Shown: one piece after another, positions 25,901 through 37,268 of the stretch
Position numbering within the stretch: position 1 is the stretch's first letter
Layout: every line of letters starts with the position of its first letter
Notes under the pieces: model-generated
Told to the model about the DNA's origin: nothing
Database searches by the model: none
What the model saw: only the letters and a program-made list of their open reading frames with translations
Position numbers and translations under genes: made by a program
Assembly (NCBI RefSeq): GCF_964355755.1
Contig: NC_092680.1
Span: forward strand, 744,001 to 808,000
Direction: 5' to 3'
DNA: 64,000 nt
DNA from: Antedon mediterranea
Lineage: Eukaryota > Animalia > Echinodermata

Positions 25901-28900
25901 TCCATCATCTACCTAACGAGCAATATATACGAGTAATCCTCATAAATTACAGGGTTTACAGATTATTGCATACAATATATATTTATCCAATACATTATTA
26001 TCATCAACTTTAACATTATAATATCATGCTATAACAAATTTAGCATACAGTTAATGTATTAAGAAAATGTTTAAACTGATTTTTCCTCTATAGAGAGCAA
26101 CTTGCATGTAACTAATGAAACATTAGGTAAACGTTTCTAACAATTTGTTTCCTGATAAATAAGTCTTATCAAAAGTTACAATATAACTTTAAGTAATATT
26201 TGATATGTGTGCCGATTATTTAATTATTATCTAACTAAACGAAAAAATTAAATACATAAGAAGTATATTTCTAAAGCTCTGTCTACACTATCAAACTAGC
26301 TTGACAAAAAGTGTAATGTGCCCAAATATGGTAGTGATATGTCATCATCATGTCCATATATGGGCACATCACTTTTTTTTTTGTCACATACAGTTTTATT
26401 GTGTAGACAGAGCTTAAGTTCCTATTTGTTGTTTAGTTTAGGTCACTGATCAACTGTATAGACTACGTTAGGACAAGTTCCGCAATTTAATTAAATAAGT
26501 TTGTACTACAATAATAATAATTACGTACCATGGAAATATAAAAACAGTTTTTGAATTAAAAAGTTAAAAACATTATTTCCCATTTGCAGACCATTAAACA
26601 TAATAATAAGAGAGTATTTACTTAAGTATTAGGCCTACAATCTAACATTTCAATTAGAAATACGGTGCCAAATATTTATAAAATTTCAAATGATTTTGTT
26701 TGTTCTTCGTTCTAAACCTTTTTTCTGATAACTCCAGCAAATGTCAATCATTTATTTTGGCGCGCAATAATCCCGCTCCATTAAAGCTGACGACTTAATG
26801 ACAGGATTCTGTTCAGCAGACAACGTTATCAATACTAATACTATTTGTGTATCACTTATTGTATCATTTAGATTCGTCAATGTCTCATCATACACAAACA
26901 TCATAAAACACACCGAAAGTTTACCTTGAAAATGTCTATTTTCTCAAAAATTGATGAAAACAAACGTTCAAATTTGATTGCTTGCGCGTCCAGAACAAAG
27001 TCTAAACATGACAGAATGTTTACTATAATGTTGGTAATGCACTAATGTTTTAATGTATAAAGAACATCATGTATTATATAATATGTTATTTTGCAATTCA
27101 TGTACCACATTCATATTACGCTATCAAAAAACCGTTACGATTAGATGTACTCGGAAGATACATTCTCTGTCTCCGTGTAAAATGATATCTTAATACATTA
27201 TTCATACTTTGGTCGGAACAATATACCATATTGCGATTGTTAAATATTGTTAGCGACGACAAATGCTTTATTATTTTATAAAGGTTTACAATGGCGATAG
27301 TAAATATAAGTACACCCTGCATTTCCAAAAGGATGGAAGTATAGAATATCTCACTTCTTGTTTGGTGTGTGTCCGAAATGCCAATGATGCCATTGCGACA
27401 ATCATATCTGCATCTTCTAAAAACATGTTGTGCTTATGTGTGGGAGTGCGTTAATGATATAATATCAGGTTCTCATGTTCTGCCTTTTTGTTGGTGTTCG
27501 TTTAAGGGTCTTTCACACCTGTTCCGGCACGGTTCCGGTCCGGCGCCGGCAAATACAATCGGTTTTAATGAAAACTTTACTCATGACATAGTTTTTACCG
27601 CTTTCACACGGGATGCGGTAGGCCTACACACCTGGTAGAGGGTCTGACCGTTTTACCGCATTCACACGGGATACGCCAACTGGTAGAGCCATTCTCAAAC
27701 TTAATTAATTTTATGAAACACACAGTGTACCGCAAATCAATTGGTGGATCAAAGTGGTATACTTTGTTGTAATGGTTAAATATGGTTTTATTCTAATATT
27801 TTTCTACTGTGTCAATTTGAGTTTATAATTTACATTTTTAGTTTGTAAATCCGTTCTAAACTCTAAAGTACCCCGAAGCTAGTTGAGTAGGTAGTAAAAT
27901 TTGAATACGGAAGATGTATTAAATTGCGTTCGTAATGGATTTTGTCGTTGGTGATAATATCTTCATCATCACATATATGATTGAAAGTACATTGTGCGAT
28001 TAAGATGAACGTTTTATTATTCCTTATTGATTTACAATCAAAGAGGATGTAAAGGTGGTTACCTTAGACACATTAAATATTGAACTTTCAAAAATTAATA
28101 AATGGTTTATGACAAACAAACTTATTTTAAATGTCGATAAGACTAACTACATTATTTTTAGACCTCGACAAAAAAAGATCCCTGAAATTACTTCCCAAAT
28201 CCAAATTAGCAATTCAATATTACAAAGACAACAAACAGTTATGTTTCTCGGAATACATATAAATGAACATTTATGTTGGAAACCTCATATAAACTGCATC
28301 TCAAATAAAATCGCTAAATCCATTGGTATCATCTACAAGATAAAACACGTCTTTCCTAAACATATTCTTTTAAATTTGTACAATGCGTTTAACTTACCAC
28401 ACCTCTATTACTGCAATATAATATGGGGAAATGAATATCCAAAAAACTTAGAAAAAATACATAAATTACAAAAACGTATAGCTAGAATGATTACAAACTC
28501 ACCGATGAGAACAGCCTCCAAACCACTATTACAAAGTTTAAAAATGTTAAATATATACGATATAAATAAAATTCAAATTGCATGCTTTATGTTCAAATAT
28601 CATCTCCAGGAACTTCCCATCCCTATAAACAACTTGATTGATTTAAACCCTAAAACTGATCGCTTAAAGACATTAAGAAACGCAAATAAGATATATATTC
28701 CACACAGTAGACTAGAAATTAATAAAAGATCAATTTTCATTGAAGGACCAACATACTGGAATAAACTTCAGTCTACTCTAGAACAAAATCACATGACCTC
28801 ACTCCCTATGCTAAAGTACAATATTAAAAAGATGATATTTGAAACATATTGCTAGCTATTATTGCTACTTCAAAATTGGGGTTGTAAATATTTTGCTTAT

Positions 28901-31900
28901 CTCACTTTGTTTTTTTTGCTTTTTCTGTCTCAAAATGTCATTTTTTTTAAATGTAATGCGTCCGTATATGTTTTATGTTTATGCTTAGGACTACAAAGAC
29001 AAGCCACTTTGGCTTCTGTGTATCTTAACCCATAAACCATGTATCTACGTATCTTTATTATCAAGGTAATTATTGTACATAAGTCAAGTTATTACAGGGA
29101 TGTAAACTATGATGCTGATGGCACACTTGTTTAAAGACGTATTGTCACCAAAAAAATGACAATGACAATTAATAAAATCAGACTTTAAATAGGCCATTTT
29201 GCCGTTTTATTAAAGCTATTCCTTTCTATAAAAAATAAAAAATAAATAAATTATATTAATAAATAATTATTTCACTTATAAATAGACACAAGAAACGTTT
29301 AATTTTAACCAAAACGCATTGTCTGACGGACAATTTAAGTATTTTTTGCTTTAAATTACATTTTTTCAATTACAATTTAGGATGTTACAATGTGAAAATT
29401 TGCATAAAAAGGTCAGAAATTGAACTTTATTACATTAATGTTGTTTGGAATAACATTGCTCTTTAACCATAATTACTATACTCCATTTGTAGTAGTTATA
29501 AGAAGTATGTTTGATGATTGAGTTTTATAAGCTTATTTAATTGTATGTCATAGTGATATGCATGACGATATATTATGTATATGTATTATGAAAATGATAA
29601 TACTTACACAAGAAGAGGAAGAACGATTATCTAAAAAAGGCCATTACATGGCTGCAGTCGCGTGCTCAAGTTAGTGTTTACCGACCGACGAACCGACCGA
29701 CATAGTGAGCTGTAGAGTCGCGTTGCACGCCACTAATAACGAACATATGTAGTACAGTAATAGGAGAAAAAGTATTGTGCATACTAATATCTCTTTTTGT
29801 AGTTACCGTATATGTACGGTAATTAAATACATAATGAAAGCCGAAACATTTTAAGACGAAACACGCTAAGAATATGAAAACAACAACATTACAAAGCTGC
29901 AGTATATGCTTTCCTTTTAAACCAATTTAAATTGGTGATCCAGCAGGGGATTTGGCTGCCTTGTTACAGAATACTATATAGTAATGGTCATGATTAATAA
30001 TATCATATCTTAAAACAAAAATATAAATATTCGCATAAATATCAATATTCGCAGCAACATTGATAACAATAAGCCAAAAACCGAATCACGTTTTGGCAAA
30101 ACACATGCATTAATCAGAAACAATATTATATTTACATTGACAACTGATCAAAGACTTATTCTATATTCGTTGTCATTTAAACTATCTGAATAAATTCAAT
30201 AACCGAGTCACTGTCATTGGAAATTTCCTTAATACAGTATCACATGTGTCTATTAAGTCACCTATCATTAATCTAGTCGTTAAATATAATGCCCGGATGG
30301 TACCCAAACTTTATGTGACAAACAAATGTGATGTGCCCATATATGAACATGATGATGTCATATCACTACCATATTTGGGCATATCACTACCATATTTGTG
30401 CATATCACTACCATATTTGTGCATATAACTACCATTATTTGAAAGCAAAACGAGCATCGTGAAATAAGCCAACATTTTTAATAAGTCTGGTGCTACAAGA
30501 CAGTTTTTTTAATGTATTTTTATGTATGTTTTTAGTCTATTTCTCTAAAACAAACAACAGGACCATATGTAAAACAGGTGCAATATCTGTACCCGATATG
30601 TTTTTATCCTGTAAAAATACGTTTTAAAGAAAGAAAGATATGTTATACCTGGAGCTAACTTCGAGTACAAAATTCGAAGAATTACCTCTGTATAAAGTTA
30701 ATTCATTCATTCATTCAATCTTTTATTTCGGAATCTCTGGTCCATAGAAGGTAAAAATTATACATAAATGAAATAAAATAAAAAAGACAAATTACTACTA
30801 CTCATCTCAGGATGGCATTACACCTGGAGAGCATCTTCGACTTAACTAAGACGTTGCTTAATTATAATCGTTGAGACTAAAACATTTTCGCTTGCATTTA
30901 GTCTACCCATCAGGCCATATATTGATTTTCTTAACAATTCATAAAAAGAAGGAATTCTACATTCCGTAAACATAAGGCTGCTGACACTGCAATGTCGAGA
31001 CCTTTGCAGCAACATTCTTAAACCATGTTTTTATAATTTTAAATATTTTTAACAGGCAATATTGGAGGTTACTTCCCGAAATGGTGACTTTAATCCGATC
31101 ATAACGCCAATAATACACGCTGCACATCTAAACAATTATCACATCATCAAAATCCTGCTGAAAAATGGGTCAGAGATATGTTCACCAAGTAAATGGGAAG
31201 ATGAGGAAGACTACACACTAGAGAGCTGTATATCCACTTACGACATTTACCGAGCTTTATCTAGTCCAGCTTATATATCGTTAACGGCCCTTGATCCGAT
31301 AAACGAAGCGTTTAGACTGAGTAAACGACTTCAGGAATTGAAATATTGGAGGGTGGAATTTGGGGACGAGTTCCACGCTTTAGCTGAGCAGTGTGCGAGC
31401 TATGCGGCCGATCTTCTTGATCATATTCGAAGCTCTCAGGAGCAGATGATACTGTTTAACTACGCAAAAGACAGGAAAGATGAGACAGAAATAAAAACAT
31501 TAGCTCCAAAACGAGTGAAGCTTGCCATAGATTGTGGTCAGAAAAAGGTAAGTGTTGGAGATTTAAATTTAATAATATATTCATGAGTTGTGACATCGAA
31601 TCAGAACTTTCGAAATGAAGTTTCGATTTGCAACATTTCGTAGAAGAAGAAAAAATGAAACAACGTATTTTCCATCCAACCATAACAGCCATGCAATCAA
31701 AATGATTGTTATATCTTTTTTATTGACATGAGCGGTATATTACACCACATATTCATGTAGATTATTATCCAATAAAGTCGTTTTAAATTCATTGTAGTAT
31801 AATGTGTCGAGCAATGTTTCTAGCAGCATCAGAGGAGCTAATGCGTTATTGATAATGATACAGTCTGGGGATCCTTTGGCGAAATTATGTGTTTTTTATG

Positions 31901-34900
31901 AACACGGCGTTAAGATTAGGAATTACAGAATTATAAGCAGTAAATAAAAAATTGTTACGGTAGTATATACCGATGTCACATACTTAGATCAGAGCCTTAT
32001 ATTTGCATGTTAAGCTTGGTTCCCACTACCACAATGACGTAAGAACAACGCAAGCGAGTTGGCCAATGACAAGCGACGGCGGTTTGAATAATCCATCGCC
32101 TGGGATTGGTCAAATTACTTGCGTTGCGCCTATGTCCTTGCGTTGTGACCTAGTGGAAACCAAGCTTTAGACGGGTTCAGTGGTATCTGAGCACATTTGA
32201 GTACTTTGATTGGCTAAATTTTTAATTCACACTATCTGCGCTGATTGTCCATATTGGAAATAACCAACACTAAATTTCACTAACGTAACTAATTTTTATA
32301 GAAATTAGTCTTCTCTCACAATAATATAATAGTACCTTTTGAATGCCACACAAGTCACTAACAGGGTTTCAAGTCACCATTTTATTATTTTGTACGACGA
32401 GAGGGCGCTAATCAACATTAAAAAAAAAAATTACGAGAAGATTGCACTCTTCATTCACTAAGAACAATTCTTTTTAAATAAAAATAAAAGCTCGATGGAA
32501 ATGAATGTGATTTAATATTTATGACTTGTTAATAAATGTGGTTGTTAATAGGTCACATGACATCCGAAACAATGCATAGCAACAACCCGCCTAATGAATG
32601 CAGTTAAACAATGCATAGCAACAACTCGCCTAATGAATGCAGTTAAACAATGCATAGCAACAACCCGCCTAATGAATGCAGTTAAACAATGCATAGCAAC
32701 AACCCGCCTAATGAATGCAGTTAAGCAATGCATAGCAACAACCCGCCTAATGAATGCAGTTAAACAATGCATAGCAACAACCCACCAAATGAATGCAGTT
32801 AAACAATGCATAGCAACAACCCGCCTAATGAATGCAGTTAAACAATGCATAGCAACAACCCGCCTAATGAATGCAGTTAAACAATGCATAGCAACAACCC
32901 ACCAAATGAATGCAGTTAAACAATGCATAGCAACAACCCGCCTAATGAATGCAGTTAAACAATGCATAGCAACAACCCGCCTAATGAATTAATTGGGATC
33001 TAAATTGCTAAATATAATAATTTATATAACTATAATAGTTATGTTTACAATAATCAAATAATATAATTACAGCGAGAAAAAATAGACTTGTGGAATAAAT
33101 CGTCATAGCGCCATCTATTGAGCTGATAAATTGAAAACTTTTTTTGATTAGAGTTACACCAATAGAATTAAATATACACTTAGAGAGAGAGAGTGGTATA
33201 ATGTAGTCCTTAATACATGGACACGGTAACTGCTTTGAAAATGCATGATTACATATATAAAAGGTAAAGGCAATGGCACAATTAACAAGACTCGCATAAA
33301 AAAGGTCCATCGGAAAGGATATACCTTTGATTCAAGAAAATCAAATGCAAGGTAGAGATTTGTTTACCTACATTTGCCAATTTGGTTTAACATATTACAC
33401 AATAAACTCCATTTGCGAAAATAAAAGGTCGTGAATTTAGGGCCGCGAAAATGTTGGGCTTGACATTATAATTATAAAATAAGTGTACGAATTCATGATA
33501 AAGATGTGTTATGAAATAGATTCAATGCAGTAAAATGGTTAAAATTTAACTAGTAATATTTAAGATATGACGTCTTGTGGAATATAACTTTATGTGCGAA
33601 AATTGCTTACAATATTAAAGTTGTGACGTGTAATAGGTGCATTGGTATTAGAAGTGGGAAAATATCTCCCAGAGCGAAATGCATACATAGGACATTAATT
33701 TGGCTTCTATCTTTGATGAGTTAAAACAGTCAAGGTCATTTTGTATGAATTATTAATTCATACAAAATAATAATATAATTCATACAAAATGAATTACTAT
33801 ATTTGAATATTCCTATTAGGCGTATACCACTATTCCATTCTATACGAGTTGTTCTAATAACGGATTGTACTTAAATCTTTTGCGGACCTGGTTTAACGTA
33901 ATACATATAACTGTCATAATGTAAGAATTATTAAAATGTAGATAAACATTATATCGTGTGTTTCTTTAACTGTAAGCCTATAGCTACTGTATTAATAGTA
34001 AGCAAAGTTGGGAATATAAAGGCCTTATACTCAGAGAGATTTGATTTTGCAGCGGCAGATCACACCCATACCCACACACACACACAAATAAATTACTATA
34101 CAATTATTGTATATATTATATAATGTGAAATGGGGTTTTCAACAGTTTGTCGCGCATCAATTCTAATATTATTATAAATATTCTACATAATAATTGTTTA
34201 TATCAGGTATTATATAATGTGTAAGTTCTTCTTTTTTAAAACAGTTCGTCGCGCACCGATTCTGCCAACAATATCTGACGGAGACATGGTACCGCGACCT
34301 GTCGATACATCGAAGTCAGAGCAGCATTAAGACGATCATATTTACATTATCTGCGGCCTTGTTGTTCCCTGTACTTGCAGTTGCTAATATTCTTTCAAGA
34401 AACTGGAAGCCAGGCCGATGGATAGAAATCCCATACATCAAATTCATCTGCCATTCAGCCTCACAGTTCACCTTCTTCTTGCTTATCATCGTCAACAACT
34501 ATGTTAGCACACATGATCCTAACTCAGCGGCCAATGAAACCGACACGTTAACACTGCTGAAATATGCTTCTATAATACTTATATCAATATATGTTCTTAG
34601 TAAGTAATTTTATAATATTTCAATCATTAAATGTTAAAACACACAGATATAGGTAATAGCATGGATCTAAAGCGTGGTTCTCACTTAGCGACGTAACGTA
34701 ACGCAATCGACGCAACGTAACAAAAAGGCCCTTCCAATCATAGTGTTTTATTTCATTATAAAACAATCAAATCAAAACTGCGATGTTTGCAGCACAGTTG
34801 CGTCGTTAGTTCCCACTTGTGATTACGCAATACAGCACTTTGCGTAGGTTCCCACTTGTGATTACGCAATACAGCACTTTGCGTCAATACGTCGCTGCGT

Positions 34901-37234
34901 TACGTGGCGTTGTAGTGGGAACCAAGCTTTAATTAAGAAACAAGCTTACGAAAAACTAATCAAAATGTGAAACTAAATAAATGACAAGCTGTACATAACC
35001 ATACGGATACATTAACTGAAAAATAGATGGGCTATAGTCCTACCAGCTGTACATAACCATACGGATACATTAACTGAAAATAGATGGGCTATAGTCCTAC
35101 CTACCAGCTGTACATAACCATACGGATACATTAACTGAAAAATAGATGGGCTATAGTCCTACCTACCAGCTGTACATAACCATACGGATACATTAACTGA
35201 AAAATAGATGGTCTATAGTCCTACCTACCAGCTGTACATAACCATACGGATACATTAACTGAAAAATAGATAGTCTATAGTCTTACCTACCAGCTGTACA
35301 TAACCATACGGATACATTAACTGAAAAATAGATGGGCTATAGTTCTACCTACCAGGTTCAAACGATAACCAGTATATGGGCTAAGTCTAATGGCTATACC
35401 AGTGACTGGGAAGGAGAATTAACCACTCCTTTCCAAATTTAATTAACCAAAATTATATATTTGTATCACGCAAAGAAAACAACCGGCGCCTAATAGATGT
35501 TCGCCCAACTTTAATCCACTCTAACATATATTTTATCAGTCATAATACTAAATAGAATAACAAAAACATGAAATAAATTATATCGCTATTAAAACAGATC
35601 TATTGAGGTATATCCTGAATGCATGAATATTAGGAATAGTCGCAGTCTATTGTTGACTGTATATTCGTGACAAGAGAGAATCCTCAGGGAGGAAAAGAAA
35701 TTGTACATTGATATGGTTTTGTTACAATATGCCTAGGGAAATCATTCAAAGTACTTCAATATATAGAATCGAAGTAAAAAGCTATGAAAATATCATTTTA
35801 TGTGTATTAGTGCTATTGAATTATAATAATTAATTAAAAATATGTGCAAGCAATCTAAAATTGTTTTTGGAAAAATACACTTCTTGTTATTCGTTGTGAC
35901 GCCTCCTTAAATTGCTGAAACAAGCTGACAAAATCAGTAACACTTTGATTTAGGAAAGAAGTAAATCATAATAATAATGTATGAATTAAAAAGCATGGAA
36001 TAAAAAATACCTGTAAAAACCAGCAATGCCATTGTATTCATAAATTAAATTAAAAAAAAAAAAAAAAAAAAAAATTGTTTATCTCCAAATCTCTCTATAG
36101 GTTACTTCATTCTAATGTCTGCTCTATAATAACGAGCCTAAATTCTTCTTAATCGTTTATGAAATGTAATAGCTAGTGGCTTATTGAAATCCCAAGGAAT
36201 TCGTTCATGGGAAATGATTTGAAATATATTAGTAATCTAAATAATTTAAGAACATGAATTAATTAACATACCGACAGGGAATGAGTTTTGCATGCCTAGA
36301 TGTTTTCACGTTATGGCTGATGAGGGCGTACTGTATATAGCAAGTATTTTGTTTCTTTATAGTATGTTTATACAACTGAGGACTAGTGCTGTTCCGCCGT
36401 ACCACGCCGATGGTGTTAAAGAGTCGCTATCCAATCGAGTTTGAACAATACTATGAAAGCCCCAGTGGTCTAATAGTTAGGACATCTGCATATCAAGCAG
36501 GCGGTCCGAGTTCGAGTCTCGGTTGGGGCGACTTTTTCTCATTCTCACAGATTTCCTCATCTTCATCGTTTCAAATTAATTAATTAAATTTCAGTATATC
36601 ACCGGGCGGTTTAGATGTTCATTGTCTAATGTGTTTATATATATATATAAAAAAATCTCTTCGGAGATCCCGCCTCGTGAATAAAAATACTGAAAGATGA
36701 GGGCGTATCAATTTGATCTCTGGTGCGCGTGCGTACAACTGAGGACTAGTGCTGTTCCGCCGTACCACGCCGAGGGTGTTAAAGAGTCGCTATCCAATCG
36801 AGTTTGAACAATACCATGAAAGCCCCAGTGGCCTAATGGTTAGGACATCTGCATATCAAGCAGGCGGTCCGAGTTCGAGTCTCGGTTGGGCGACTTTTTC
36901 TCATTCTCACAGATTTCCCCATATTTATCGTTTCAAATTAATTAATTAAATTTCAGTATATCACCGGGCGGTTTAGAATTAATGTTCATTGCCTAATGTG
37001 TTTATATATATACAGTATATATATATTTGCACTGATAAAGGGCTAGTGTTGCCCGAAAGCTCTGCTAACTTTTCTGGCTGTTTTGATTTAGCTTTTCGCT
37101 TTTATTTTGTATCTCCATTGAGATCCAGCCACTGATACCCACAGCATTGTCATTTTTTCAGTAATTTGCCTTTGGATTTATATTTATATTTGCACAAACA
37201 CAATAAAACAAAACTAATACCCCATGGTAATGTA

Positions 37235-37268
<34 letters not shown>

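Noticed and set aside
32545-32992. ORFs of 132-140 aa on both strands
   Set aside because: They are translations of a 39-bp minisatellite inside an intron.
36318-36345. CTGATGAG as a second hammerhead core
   Set aside because: No stem II partner or GAAA follows. GATGAGGGCGTA is just the repeat-unit leader, also present at about 36697.
36386-36949. Duplicated 65-66 aa ORFs
   Set aside because: GTG-start frames running through the tRNA-like repeat, with no protein motif.
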